In this document: positions 49,965-60,371 of the stretch, piece after piece
How the letters are laid out: each line of letters starts with the position of its first letter
How positions within the stretch are numbered: position 1 is the first letter of the stretch
NCBI GenBank assembly: GCA_965248265.1
Contig: CBDFJF010000002.1
Span: forward strand, 3,040,001-3,104,000
Direction: 5' to 3'
From: Candidatus Latescibacterota bacterium
GTDB taxonomy: Bacteria > Latescibacterota > UBA2968 > UBA8231
DNA: 64,000 nt
Notes under the pieces: model-generated
What the model was told of the DNA's origin: nothing
Seen by the model: only the letters and a program-made list of their open reading frames with translations
Database searches by the model: none
Made by a program: the position numbers and the translations under genes

Positions 49965-50537
49965 TCACGCGGTCACTTTCTCCAAAAGCGTCGACACGCT
50001 CTCCTGTTTCTGAGAGTTGACGCGTATGGAAAAACGATCCTTCTCGCCTTGCTGGCGCTCGATCTTAAACTGCTCGCCATATAGCTGCGTCAGCACTGTT
50101 TCGAGGTCCGGCCGGATAGCTTCCAAGGTGTCGTCGTCGTTGGTAGCATGGAGTCGGTCGTTGACGACGAGCCAACACTGGTCGCCCCTGAAGTGCACCT
50201 TGCCATTAAGCTCATCCTCCTGCTCCAACCGCACGCAGGTCTTGAGTGCCCTGACGAAGGCATCCCGGATGCGCTCAGCCCCCGTCCCACTCACCGGTTG
50301 CTTACGGGCGTACATCACCCCCATGCGTCCGTCGGTGTTGTCGAGACTGTAGTTGGCCTCATGTCCGACCAGCAGCGTCTGCGGGCCATGAGGCAGGTGA
50401 CTGTAGTCGGCGACGTCGATGAGGGTCTCGTCCGTCGTTTGCGGGATCCAGGTGTTGAAGATCCGAAAGGCGTCCTTGGAGGAAATGGAGCCCTCATCCT
50501 CGAGGTACAGTTTGACGTTCAGGCGCTGAAGATCCAT
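49965..50537 (-). CDS. Conserved hypothetical protein
   Basis: Tightly co-oriented with the reductase. LIDVADYSH...GP...LVGHEANYSLD motif. Confidence 0.8.
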   Translation of the reverse strand: MDLQRLNVKLYLEDEGSISSKDAFRIFNTWIPQTTDETLIDVADYSHLPHGPQTLLVGHEANYSLDNTDGRMGVMYARKQPVSGTGAERIRDAFVRALKTCVRLEQEDELNGKVHFRGDQCWLVVNDRLHATNDDDTLEAIRPDLETVLTQLYGEQFKIERQQGEKDRFSIRVNSQKQESVSTLLEKVTA

Positions 50538-50557
50538 GTATTCTGCTTACCTACCGT

Positions 50558-52822
50558 TCAGGCCGTGGTGTCAGCGGCCTCGGAAATGCGGTCGTAGCAC
50601 CGGTACGCGGCCTCGATAAACAACTGAGTTTCCTCGATGGCGCGGTGGGCTACGTCCTTGGTGTAGTCGGTGATCACTTCTTCGTGCGTCCGCTTCAGGT
50701 AGCGGGCGAACTTATCCTTGGCGAACGGGTCGAAGAAAATCTCGGTATCGACAAACCGCTTGCCGAACTCCTGAATGATGACGTCCGCATCATCCGGGAC
50801 ATCCAACCATTCACTCCGGATCAGTGCCTTGGCTGAATGCAGCATCGCCTGGAAGGAGGTCTTGTAGGCGTTTTCGAAATCGCCCTCCTCCAGCAATACC
50901 AGGGCTTCAAAGGCCTCGCGCTCGCACCCGGACAGCTCGAATTGCGCCAGTGGCACGACCTCTCCGGCGCATTCCCCCTTACCCATGTCATCGATCGTGA
51001 ACTCACGGGTATCACCCCAGTCTCGATAGAATGAAGCATCCTCCTCGTACGCCGGTACGGCGGCGAGATCGTCGAGCATGGACTTGATCTCGCGCTTGCC
51101 GGTGCGGCTGATGAAATCCTGGAAGCTCTCCTGCCCCTGGCGTTCCTCAATGAAGCGACCGGTCAATCGACTCACCACGTCGGGGATGTTCTTGGAGGGC
51201 ACGGCCGCCATGGCCAGGCCGAAGGCGCCGCTATTCTCTCGATTCATGCCCCCGAGGATCACCTGGAAGTGAGGCACCGTGATGCCGTTGATCTTGCGGC
51301 TGATTCCGTAGAAGCCGATGTCCGCTGCATGGTGCTGGCCGCAGGAGTTGAAGCAACCGCTGATCTTGATGCGCAGATCCTTGACGGCCTGGTCTAATTC
51401 ATGGTACTGGGCAGCCAGGCGCTGTCGCAATTCGCCCGCCAGTCCGCGTGATGAGGCAATGCCCAACTTGCAGGTGTCGGTTCCCGGGCAGGCTGTGACA
51501 TCGACGATGGTGCCGGCGCAGGGATCCGCCAGGTTGATTTGCTTCAAGTCGCCGTACAACGACGGCAGGTCCGCTTCGCTTACCCATCGCAGTACCAAAT
51601 TCTGATCGACGGTGGCCCGGATCGTATCCTTGACGTAACGGCGGCTGGTGGCTGCCAGCGCTCTCAGCGCATCGGAAGTGATGTCACCAAGGGGCAAATT
51701 GATCGTGACCACGGCGTAGCCCGGCTGCGACTGCGCGCGCACGTTGGTCGTCGACCATTCGTCGAAGCCGGCCGGCAAGTCGACGCCGTTCAGCGGCTGG
51801 CTCGGGTTCAGGGCCTCCTCGCCAAACGCCGGGAGTTCCTCTAGGTAGGCCGTCCAGGCTGGATCCTCGGGGAGCACCTTGCGTTCCTCGAGCACCAGTC
51901 GCTTGAACTCCTCGATTCCCAGCTTGGCGATCAGGAATTTCACCCGCGCACGGGCTCGATTTCTCTTTTCTCCAAGCCGGGCAAACACCCTGGCAATGGC
52001 CTGCGCAGTCGGCAACAGCTCCGACTCCCGCAGAAAATCGTCGTAGAGCTTGGCCTGGTGCGGGACAGCGCCGAGGCCGCCCCCGACGTAGAGCTCAAAG
52101 CCGCGAGTTTCGACGCCATCGATGGTCCGCGTCACGGCGAGAGCCCCCATGTCATGCATGTACACGAGACCACATGCCTCGTGGCGGCAGCCGGAGAAGG
52201 CGATCTTGAACTTGCGGCCGAAGTCCTGGCAATCAGGGTGGCCGAGCAGGAACTTGGTCAGCGCCTGGGCGTAGGGGGTGACGTCGAAGGCCTCGGTGCT
52301 GCAGACGCCCGACAGCGGGCATGCGGTCACATTTCTGACCGAGTTGCCGCAGGCTTCTCGCGTGGTTATGCCGACGGCCGAGAGCCGGCGCATGAGGTCA
52401 ACGGTGTCCTCGATGTGAATGTAGTGCAGCTGCACATCCTGGCGCGTGGTGATGTGACAGATCGAATCCGAGTACTCTTCACCCAAATCGGCGAGGACAT
52501 CCAGTTGATCAGCGGTCAGGCCTCCGAAGGGAATCTTGATGCGCATCATTCCCGGCGCGTGCCACAACGTGTTCGGCCCTTTCGTGCGCTCTTCCGGGAA
52601 GGTCAGCTGCTGAGTGCTGGAGCCATCGAACCGTTGCCCATTGTCGTACCGTTGTCCGTACACCCCTCGGCGCAGACGGGTCTCAGCGAAGATGATCTCG
52701 TCCAGCTTGTCCTGTTTGCGCAGGTCAATCTGGGTCTCGAAAATGTCGATCTCACGGCCCAACTCTTCCGGGATGGACTCGCCTAGTTTTTCCTTCCATG
52801 AAACATCAGTCGCGTCAGTCAT
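50558..52822 (-). CDS. Ferredoxin-dependent sulfite/nitrite reductase hemoprotein with C-terminal HEPN-like extension
   Basis: TTRQDVQ, GNSVRN, RKFKIAFSGC, ACPGTDTC...SGCFNSCGQH siroheme/4Fe-4S ligands. Confidence 0.9.
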   Translation of the reverse strand: MTDATDVSWKEKLGESIPEELGREIDIFETQIDLRKQDKLDEIIFAETRLRRGVYGQRYDNGQRFDGSSTQQLTFPEERTKGPNTLWHAPGMMRIKIPFGGLTADQLDVLADLGEEYSDSICHITTRQDVQLHYIHIEDTVDLMRRLSAVGITTREACGNSVRNVTACPLSGVCSTEAFDVTPYAQALTKFLLGHPDCQDFGRKFKIAFSGCRHEACGLVYMHDMGALAVTRTIDGVETRGFELYVGGGLGAVPHQAKLYDDFLRESELLPTAQAIARVFARLGEKRNRARARVKFLIAKLGIEEFKRLVLEERKVLPEDPAWTAYLEELPAFGEEALNPSQPLNGVDLPAGFDEWSTTNVRAQSQPGYAVVTINLPLGDITSDALRALAATSRRYVKDTIRATVDQNLVLRWVSEADLPSLYGDLKQINLADPCAGTIVDVTACPGTDTCKLGIASSRGLAGELRQRLAAQYHELDQAVKDLRIKISGCFNSCGQHHAADIGFYGISRKINGITVPHFQVILGGMNRENSGAFGLAMAAVPSKNIPDVVSRLTGRFIEERQGQESFQDFISRTGKREIKSMLDDLAAVPAYEEDASFYRDWGDTREFTIDDMGKGECAGEVVPLAQFELSGCEREAFEALVLLEEGDFENAYKTSFQAMLHSAKALIRSEWLDVPDDADVIIQEFGKRFVDTEIFFDPFAKDKFARYLKRTHEEVITDYTKDVAHRAIEETQLFIEAAYRCYDRISEAADTTA

Positions 52823-52978
52823 CAGCAGCGCCCACAGTTAAATAGTTGAATGGGATGGTGAAGGGGTGAAAACGGCGGAGAAATCGCGCCGGTCGGAAAG
52901 CCATAAGTTACTACCGCGACAGAAGATATGGACGGTTGATGAAGTGTCAAGCGCGATCTGCTTTGACATGCACGCGGG

Positions 52979-53857
52979 TCAAGGAGTCTTGCCAGCCAGC
53001 ACTCTCTGCATATAGGTGGCCACGTGCTCGCCGCAGTCGGGGTCGGCCAGGGCGAAATCGATGAAGGCCTCGAAGTAGGAGGCGTGGTTGCCGATGTCGC
53101 AACGTCGCTCCTGAGCGCCCAACGGCACGGCGTGAACACCCAGTCCGGCATCGATCAGCGAAGCAATGGCATGGGTGAGATAGACTTCTCCACCTGAGGT
53201 TGCCTCGGTTTTCCTCAACTCGGCGAAGATTTCCGGAGAGAACGAGTAGCGTGCACTGACGGCCAGGTTGCTGGGGGCGTGCTCAGGTGTCGGTTTCTCA
53301 ACAATACCTGCAATCGGAATGGAATCGACTCCATCCGGTGACTGACCAGCTTTCGGCTCGATGATCCCGTAACGGCCCACATCCTCCCGACCGACTGCAG
53401 TGACGGCGATGCAACAGGCTGCCTGGTGCGACTCGTGCTCCCGGATCATCCGTGCCACCATACTGCCAGGGCAATCGGAGTCGATGATGCTGTCCCCGAA
53501 AGCGACGACGAAATTCCGGTCTGCGACAAAGTGCTCCGCCAGGGCCACCGCATCTCCAGTACCGGCAGGCTTGGTAGCGCCCTCGCGTATGATCTGATTG
53601 ATGAAGTCGAATTCAACGTCCTTCCAACGATCCGACAGTCCTGGAAGGCCCTCGACGTAGTGCTTGATGGCGGGTTTGCTACTATTGGTCACGAGCAGAA
53701 AGCGTCGGATGCCAGCGGCCGCGAGCTCTTCCAGGACGTGATGTAGAACCGGAAACCGGCCAACTGGCAGCATCTCCTTGGGAATCGATACGGATGTCGG
53801 GTACAATCGGGTGCCCAGGCCAGCGACGGCGACGACGGCTGAATTGATCGTTTCCAT
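52979..53857 (-). CDS. galU: UTP--glucose-1-phosphate uridylyltransferase
   Basis: AGLGTRLYP...PKEMLPV, YGII, VEKP, GEVYLT. Confidence 0.8.
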   Translation of the reverse strand: METINSAVVAVAGLGTRLYPTSVSIPKEMLPVGRFPVLHHVLEELAAAGIRRFLLVTNSSKPAIKHYVEGLPGLSDRWKDVEFDFINQIIREGATKPAGTGDAVALAEHFVADRNFVVAFGDSIIDSDCPGSMVARMIREHESHQAACCIAVTAVGREDVGRYGIIEPKAGQSPDGVDSIPIAGIVEKPTPEHAPSNLAVSARYSFSPEIFAELRKTEATSGGEVYLTHAIASLIDAGLGVHAVPLGAQERRCDIGNHASYFEAFIDFALADPDCGEHVATYMQRVLAGKTP

Positions 53858-53917
53858 TGACTCGAATATGCCGGCCAGGACACCAGCGGGTCAATCGGTG
53901 CAGCTCATGGAAATGCA

Positions 53918-53947
53918 TTGACATGCTTGACTCGCCAGCGATATAAT
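53918..53947 (+). promoter_or_regulatory. Consensus sigma70 promoter
   Basis: TTGACA-N18-TATAAT ahead of the Nramp operon. Confidence 0.75.
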
Positions 53948-54029
53948 GATCGCGCCCTCACCTTTCACCAACGCTCACAGCCATCCATATCACCACGAAA
54001 GCTGGGCACCAACGGAGGGAGCCACCTAG

Positions 54030-55448
54030 ATGAGCGAGAGTCATCACTATCCACCGCTCCCCGAGTCTCTACAGCGTGGAGGGGCTCGGAACATGCTCAA
54101 GTTCTTCGGTCCGGGGGCCATCATCGCTTCCGTGACCATCGGTAGCGGCGAGACCGTGTTCGCCTCCCGCGGCGGGGCCGTGTTCGGCTACGCCATGCTG
54201 TGGTGCTTCATCGGCGGTGGTCTGATGAAATTCGTGCAGGTGTACACGGCTGCCCGCTACATAACGCTGACCGGAGAGCACCCGATAGAGCGATGGAAGT
54301 ACCTGCCCGGACCTCATGCCTGGGCAGTGTGGGTGCTTTCAGCCATGACGATATTGTGCTTTCCATTGTGGCTATCCGGCTTGCCGAAAATGCTGGGGGG
54401 GCTCTCCGTCTGGATCGCCGGCCTGGAGGGCGTGCCCATTTGGGGTGACGCCCGAGTCTGGGGCACTGCCTTCGTCATCGCGGCCGTGACCCTGACGATG
54501 GTACAGAGCTACGGGGCGCTGGAGCGGATGCAAACCGTCATCGTCGGCATCCTGCTGGCGACGATTCTTCTGGCCATGCTGGTTTCTCAGCCCGATTGGC
54601 TCGCGGCTCTTTATGGCAGCGTCGTGCCCAGCATCCCTCACTATCCCCCATGGGTGGTCAGCCAGTACCCCGTGGTCGCGGCGCGCTCCTCATGGATCGA
54701 ATTGGGGACTTATCTAGGGGCCATCGGTGGTGGCACCCAGGACTATTTCGGCTATATCGGCATGTTGCGCGAAAAAGCCTGGGGTCTGATGGGGCGCAAA
54801 ACGGAGGGTGGTGCTGCCGGTGTGCAATTGGCGGATACCGCAGAAAACCATGCACTGGGACTGTCCTGGTTGCGGGCGCCGAGGATGGATTCGGCTGTTT
54901 CGTTCACCTGCATCGTCATTTTTACCCTGGCGTTTATGATCCTGGGGGCCTCGTTGCTTCACCCCAAGCAGATCGTCCCCTCCGGCATGGATCTGCTGTC
55001 CGTGCAGGCGGAATTTCTGACTCAACTACACCCGAAGTTCCTTTACTTCTACCAGCTCGGCGTTTTTATCGCCTTCTTCGGCACCATCATGGGGGCCTAT
55101 GAGCTCTACGTTCGCACGACGCACGAGTGTCTGCGGCCCGTGGTAAGGCGGGTGCGGGATGCACCGCTGGCTTCCCTCAGACCCTGGGTCGTCGGCTACT
55201 GCGCCCTCTTTGGGGTCGGCATCATGTGGGTGGGGGGCAATCCGGTATCCATCGTGACCCCGGCGGCCATCTTCGGGGGAGTTCTCACCTGCGGACTGTG
55301 GTGCCTGCTGATGGTCTGGACCGATCGCCGCTACCTACCGCGACCACTGCAGATGGGGCGCCCCCTCCTGATCGCCAACCTCATCAGTGGCACCTTTCTG
55401 ACGGCTTGGGGGATTCGCGGAGTACATGATTTCATCGGCTCTCTATAG
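54030..55448 (+). CDS. Nramp-like (APC superfamily) transporter
   Basis: GPGAIIASVTIGSGE, about 11 TM segments, GGAGG RBS. Confidence 0.85.
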   Translation: MSESHHYPPLPESLQRGGARNMLKFFGPGAIIASVTIGSGETVFASRGGAVFGYAMLWCFIGGGLMKFVQVYTAARYITLTGEHPIERWKYLPGPHAWAVWVLSAMTILCFPLWLSGLPKMLGGLSVWIAGLEGVPIWGDARVWGTAFVIAAVTLTMVQSYGALERMQTVIVGILLATILLAMLVSQPDWLAALYGSVVPSIPHYPPWVVSQYPVVAARSSWIELGTYLGAIGGGTQDYFGYIGMLREKAWGLMGRKTEGGAAGVQLADTAENHALGLSWLRAPRMDSAVSFTCIVIFTLAFMILGASLLHPKQIVPSGMDLLSVQAEFLTQLHPKFLYFYQLGVFIAFFGTIMGAYELYVRTTHECLRPVVRRVRDAPLASLRPWVVGYCALFGVGIMWVGGNPVSIVTPAAIFGGVLTCGLWCLLMVWTDRRYLPRPLQMGRPLLIANLISGTFLTAWGIRGVHDFIGSL

Positions 55449-55486
55449 ATCTGGGTACGGAATCCGGGAAGCAGGCCTATTCTCCG

Positions 55487-56695
55487 ATGGCTGACAACTG
55501 GGGCGAGCCGCTCGAGGAGCGCATCTGGGAGCTGGTCGAGCAGGTTCATGGCAGTGGCTGCCGGGTTTCCCTGCTGACAACCGGCGGGGGCAGCCGGGCA
55601 GTGAGCTGGTTGCTCAATCATCCCGGAGCCTCCAGGGTGATGCTGGAAGCCCATGTCCCCTACCACCCCGCTGCACTTGCACGCTTTCTGGAATCCACCG
55701 GTCCACACAGGGTTGTCGCTGAAACAGCGCGCAGGATGTCGTTGGTCGCCTTCGACAGGGTTCTGTCACTTTTGCCCGATATGGAACCGTCGGCCGGTAC
55801 CTCTGCGCCGGCGACTGTGATAGGGGTGGGCTGCACGGCCGCGCTGGCAACAGATCGGGAGCGCAAGGGGGGCGACAGAGCGTACGTGGCCATACGAAAG
55901 CCGCAGCAATATCACCTGGCAGCAATCGAATTCGACCCGGCCGGCGGTAGAGACCGATTGGCGCAGGAAGGTGTACTCAGCTCGGTGATTGTGCAGCAGC
56001 TGGCTGGTGGTTGTGGCGTACAATCGGAGCCGGGGATGGGGCTTCCGCCCTGGGCAAGGGTGGAGGAGGGAAGGTTGCCAGTCTATTCACCGCTGGAGCG
56101 GTTTCTGCGGGAAGCGCCGAGGGCGCTGGAGATCGACATAGAGGGAAACGAGATCGAGGAGCCGATTGCCCACAACCGGCTGCTGCTGAGTGGTTCGTTC
56201 AATCCATTACACCCTGGTCATCGACAGCTGGCGGCAGCGGCTCAACGCATCACTGGACGTCTGCCTGGACTCGAGCTTTCCGTCACCAATGTCGACAAAG
56301 CCGAGCTCGGTTACCGGGAGGTGATCGAACGCGTGGAGCCCTTGCGGGGCGAGCTCCCCCTCGCCATCACCCGGGCTCCTACCTTTCATGAGAAGGCGAG
56401 ACTGTTCCCAGGGGCATGGTTTGTCATCGGATACGATACCGCAACGCGATTGCTGCAGCCCGAGTATTATGGCGGCTCGATCGACGCCATGATGCAGGCG
56501 TTGGTGGAGATCGGCGCATCGGGATGTCGATTTCTCGTGGCGGGCCGTGTTCAGGACGGCGTGTTTCGCACCCTCGATGACCTGGTCATTCCGCCTGGTG
56601 TGGACTCGGACTTGCTCCAGGCTGTGCCCGAGCGTGAGTTTCGCAGCGACACCAGTTCGACCCAGATACGCAACAACGCTGGAGCGGGATCATGA
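55487..56695 (+). CDS. CinA-C-like domain fused to an HxGH nucleotidyltransferase (NMNAT-like)
   Basis: TGGGS...PGASRVMLEA-VPY, GSFNPLHPGH, VIGYDT, SSTQIR. Confidence 0.85.
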   Translation: MADNWGEPLEERIWELVEQVHGSGCRVSLLTTGGGSRAVSWLLNHPGASRVMLEAHVPYHPAALARFLESTGPHRVVAETARRMSLVAFDRVLSLLPDMEPSAGTSAPATVIGVGCTAALATDRERKGGDRAYVAIRKPQQYHLAAIEFDPAGGRDRLAQEGVLSSVIVQQLAGGCGVQSEPGMGLPPWARVEEGRLPVYSPLERFLREAPRALEIDIEGNEIEEPIAHNRLLLSGSFNPLHPGHRQLAAAAQRITGRLPGLELSVTNVDKAELGYREVIERVEPLRGELPLAITRAPTFHEKARLFPGAWFVIGYDTATRLLQPEYYGGSIDAMMQALVEIGASGCRFLVAGRVQDGVFRTLDDLVIPPGVDSDLLQAVPEREFRSDTSSTQIRNNAGAGS

Positions 56696-57927
56696 GTCCG
56701 GGGCAATATATTGACACAAAAGGTAAATACACGGTCGCCCGATTGCTCGAGCTCGTCGCTATCCCCTCGGTGAATCCTCCTGGAGAGCACTACCGGGAAG
56801 CGGTGGAGAGGCTCCAGCAGTGGTGTGAGGGAGCCGGCATGTCCACGGCCGTACACCGGGTCCCCGATAGAATCGTCAGGGCTGCCGCCGTCGATCCCGC
56901 CTTTCCACGCTACAACCTCATTGCCCGTTGGGACGTCGGAGCTGAACGCACCGTCCACTTCAACGCACACTATGATGTCGTTCCGGCATCGGGTACCTGG
57001 AAGTTCGGTGGGGCCTTCGAGCCCAGTGTCCAAAAGGGGTGGTTGTACGGCCGTGGGGCCGGCGACATGAAAGGTTCTATCGCGGCCTTGCTGGCCGCGG
57101 TGGAGGCGCTCAAAGCATGCGGGCAGTCCCCGGCCTTCAACATCGAGTGTTCGCTCACGGCGGACGAAGAGACCGGTGGGGCCTTGGGAGCGGGCCACAT
57201 CGTCAGCGAAGGACTGGTCAAGGCCGACTACGCTGTGGTTTGTGAAGGGGCCGCCGGAACGAGAATAGGCTGCGGCCACAACGGCGTGCTGTGGCTGGAT
57301 GTACAGGTGAAAGGCAAACCGGCGCACGCCGCCAACCCGCAAGCAGGGGCCAATGCATTCGAGATGATGGCTGAGCTCGTGCACCGCCTGCAATCCTACA
57401 AGAAGCGTCTGGCCTCAACCTCGAGGATGTATACTGACCTCAACGGAGACACTCGCTCGCCGACAGTCAGTATCGGTGGGGTGTTCGGCGGTCACGGCCA
57501 GAAGGTTAACACGGTGCCGGGAAACGCTTCATTCTCCATCGATCGACGACTCCTGCCCAATGAGCGCATCGCCACCGTGGAACAGGAACTACGCAAATCG
57601 ATCGGAGTGGCAGCGGGGGCCGTCGATGGCATGAAGGTCGTTCTCAAGACCCTGTTGCGCATCGAACCCTGCGTCGTCGACCACCAACACCAGCTGCCCA
57701 CAGCATTCGCAGCCTCACTCAAGGCTGTCCGTAGACGCCCTGCGAGTTTCAAGTTGACGACCGGTTTCACCGACCTCCATTACTTTGTTGCCGGCGGTTT
57801 GCCCGGCATCGGTTACGGCGTAGATGGCCGTATGGGTCACGGCATCGATGAGCGCGTGCGGGTCAGCGACATGCTGCTGACGGCCAAGACCTACGCTCAT
57901 TTCATGATGCGGGGCGTGGACTCATGA
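56692..57927 (+). CDS. M20 metallopeptidase (ArgE/DapE family)
   Basis: NAHYDVV, GRGAGDMKG, DEETGG, HGIDE. Confidence 0.92.
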   Translation: MSPGQYIDTKGKYTVARLLELVAIPSVNPPGEHYREAVERLQQWCEGAGMSTAVHRVPDRIVRAAAVDPAFPRYNLIARWDVGAERTVHFNAHYDVVPASGTWKFGGAFEPSVQKGWLYGRGAGDMKGSIAALLAAVEALKACGQSPAFNIECSLTADEETGGALGAGHIVSEGLVKADYAVVCEGAAGTRIGCGHNGVLWLDVQVKGKPAHAANPQAGANAFEMMAELVHRLQSYKKRLASTSRMYTDLNGDTRSPTVSIGGVFGGHGQKVNTVPGNASFSIDRRLLPNERIATVEQELRKSIGVAAGAVDGMKVVLKTLLRIEPCVVDHQHQLPTAFAASLKAVRRRPASFKLTTGFTDLHYFVAGGLPGIGYGVDGRMGHGIDERVRVSDMLLTAKTYAHFMMRGVDS

Positions 57928-59567
57928 GCGAGTCGCCGGTGAGCATGCAGTTGCTGTTCCCCAAATGGGTAAGCGGCAAGGAGATGAGTTGGATCGATCG
58001 ACTTACGATCCAGGACTACGGCGTTTCCGGTGCCGAACTGATGGAGAATGCCGGCCGCGAGGTCGTCGACATCATCCGCGATCGTTCAGAAGGACTCGAG
58101 GGCCTGACGGCTGCGATCGTGTGCGGCAAGGGAAACAATGGCGGTGACGGTTTTGTGGTGGCCAGGTTGTTACACCAGGCCGGTGTTCCCGTGCACGTAT
58201 TCTCGACCGCGCCAACCGAGGCCTTTTCAGGCGATGCGGCCCACCACCTTCGATTGCTGTCAGAAGCAGGTGTTGCGGTTCAACACGCAGCTGCCGACAC
58301 GCTCCATCGAGCGCTGAAGTCAGTCGACCTGATAATAGACGCCATCCACGGCACCGGCCTCGCAGGTGCGGCGCGGGCGGACAGTGCTGCCGCGATCGAG
58401 GCCATCAACGGGGCCGGCCCACCGATAGTCGCCGTCGATATTCCTTCGGGTGTGGAAGCAGACACGGGAGCCGTCCACGGAGCGTGCGTGGAGGCTGCCA
58501 TGACGGTGACGTTCGGCTTGCCAAAGATCGGCCAGTTGATGTTCCCTGGTCGTTCCCGTTGTGGGGACCTGCACCTTGTTGATATCGGTTTTCCCCCTGA
58601 GGCCATCGCGGCCAGCCCGGTGAGTCGCTTTCTGATCGATCCTGACGGGGTCAACCGCTTGTTGCCTCGTCGAGCACCTGAGGCCCACAAGTACAGCTGC
58701 GGTTCGGTCGCCGTCGTCGCCGGCTCGGCGGGCATGACGGGTGCTGCCTCCCTAACCGCTGACGCTGCCCTCTCTTCCGGAGCCGGACGGGTCACCCTCG
58801 GGGTACCTGGCAGCTTGCACGATATCCTGGAGATCAAGCTCACCGAGGTCATGACGCGGGCGCTGCCCGAGGTGCGCCGTCACCGCTGCCTGTCCCTGCG
58901 GGCACTTGGGGACATCAGACAGATGACTCAGCGGGCAGACTGCCTGGCCATTGGCCCGGGGTTGGGTACTCACCGGGAGACCGCGGAGTTGGTTCGCCGT
59001 TGCCTCTCTGACCCAGGGCCGCCCGTCGTCGTCGACGCGGATGGGCTCAACGCTTTGGCTGCAACGGCCGATATAGCAGATATAGTGGCCAAAAGGGAGG
59101 GGCAGGCCGTCTTCACCCCACACCTGGGCGAGTTCGCCAAGCTCGTCGGATTGGATGTGAAGACGCTGCTCAGTGAGCATCCAGAGGGAGCATCGGACAC
59201 CAATCCTCCCCCGCCACTGATTTCTCACGCGCTTGGTCTTGCGCGGGAGTTGGGCGTGACCCTCGTCTTGAAAGGGACGCCGACGCTAGTTGCCCTCGCC
59301 GATGGCCGCCTCTATGCCAACCCGACCGGCAATGCCGGTATGGCTACGGCCGGAGCGGGAGATGTCTTGACAGGGACCATAGCCGGCCTGATCGCCCAGA
59401 GATTACTCCCTGAGCAGGCAGCCGTAGCGGGTGTTTACCTGCATGGATTGGCCGGGGACCTGGCGAAAGAGCGCATCGGGGAGTGGGGGATGAAAGCGGG
59501 AGACATCGGTCAACTGTTGCCCAAAGCCATCCTTGAAACCGCAGGTACGGGACGCGTCACAACTTGA
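57924..59567 (+). CDS. nnr: Bifunctional NAD(P)HX epimerase/dehydratase
   Basis: LMENAG, GKGNNGGDG, DIPSG, GPGLG, DADGLN, TPHLGE, ATAGAGDVLTG. Confidence 0.95.
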   Translation: MSESPVSMQLLFPKWVSGKEMSWIDRLTIQDYGVSGAELMENAGREVVDIIRDRSEGLEGLTAAIVCGKGNNGGDGFVVARLLHQAGVPVHVFSTAPTEAFSGDAAHHLRLLSEAGVAVQHAAADTLHRALKSVDLIIDAIHGTGLAGAARADSAAAIEAINGAGPPIVAVDIPSGVEADTGAVHGACVEAAMTVTFGLPKIGQLMFPGRSRCGDLHLVDIGFPPEAIAASPVSRFLIDPDGVNRLLPRRAPEAHKYSCGSVAVVAGSAGMTGAASLTADAALSSGAGRVTLGVPGSLHDILEIKLTEVMTRALPEVRRHRCLSLRALGDIRQMTQRADCLAIGPGLGTHRETAELVRRCLSDPGPPVVVDADGLNALAATADIADIVAKREGQAVFTPHLGEFAKLVGLDVKTLLSEHPEGASDTNPPPPLISHALGLARELGVTLVLKGTPTLVALADGRLYANPTGNAGMATAGAGDVLTGTIAGLIAQRLLPEQAAVAGVYLHGLAGDLAKERIGEWGMKAGDIGQLLPKAILETAGTGRVTT

Positions 59568-59680
59568 CATCACGGAAGGGATCGATTACCGTATGGCGTC
59601 CCTGCTCCGCGGCGATTTTTGGCGATTTCGGAAGCTCCCCGACAGCCAAACACCAATCCACTAATTCGGTTCGTGCCTCC

Positions 59681-60214
59681 ATGACCAAAGTGAAAGAGGC
59701 CATCGAGGAAATGATCGAGGAGTCCTACCTTCTAGGGCTCTCCGAGCAGGAAATCCGTGCCGATTTCAAGCGCTTCATCGATACCTGTTACGCGGTCATC
59801 CAGGAAAACGTAAAGGACCGTGAGGCTGTCAGTGGTTTGGCAGAGGATCTTGCCCGCGAGCAGACGGTGATTCTGATCGCGGATCGTACCGATGGTCCTG
59901 ACCTGCCATTGAAGGAGAAACCGAGTGGCAAATCCCCGGAGGAAGAATTCTCCGAGCGCGCCGCGCACCGCAAACGGCAGATCCTCCGAATTATCGCAGA
60001 GTACGACCCCCAGCTTGTCAGACTGATCGATGAACATCGCTTTCAGGGAGAATTCGACACCGAGCCAGCCAGTCGTGCATTGAGGCGGTCCGCATGGCGA
60101 CTGGCGTGGCGTCCGGATTGGCAGAGCATGCGCATGCAGTTATTGAAGGTGGGATACGCTACCACCATCGGCATCATCGTTCTTCTGATCTGGCTGGGTT
60201 TCATGCAGTCTTGA
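59681..60214 (+). CDS. Hypothetical protein with C-terminal TM
   Basis: ATG 59681 downstream of TTGACA-N17-TACCGT. Hydrophobic C-terminus. Confidence 0.7.
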   Translation: MTKVKEAIEEMIEESYLLGLSEQEIRADFKRFIDTCYAVIQENVKDREAVSGLAEDLAREQTVILIADRTDGPDLPLKEKPSGKSPEEEFSERAAHRKRQILRIIAEYDPQLVRLIDEHRFQGEFDTEPASRALRRSAWRLAWRPDWQSMRMQLLKVGYATTIGIIVLLIWLGFMQS

Positions 60215-60371
60215 TCGGCCGATATCACACACCGCCGTTGTCTTCCCCAGCAGCAGTTGAAGTTTCTCCTCTCTCCCATTCTCATTCGAATCATGACCGC
60301 CATAGGGTAGTCGCCTTTTTCCGGGTGCGGGCTGATGTTGCCACTCAGGACGCGAGCTGATGGACTAGTAA

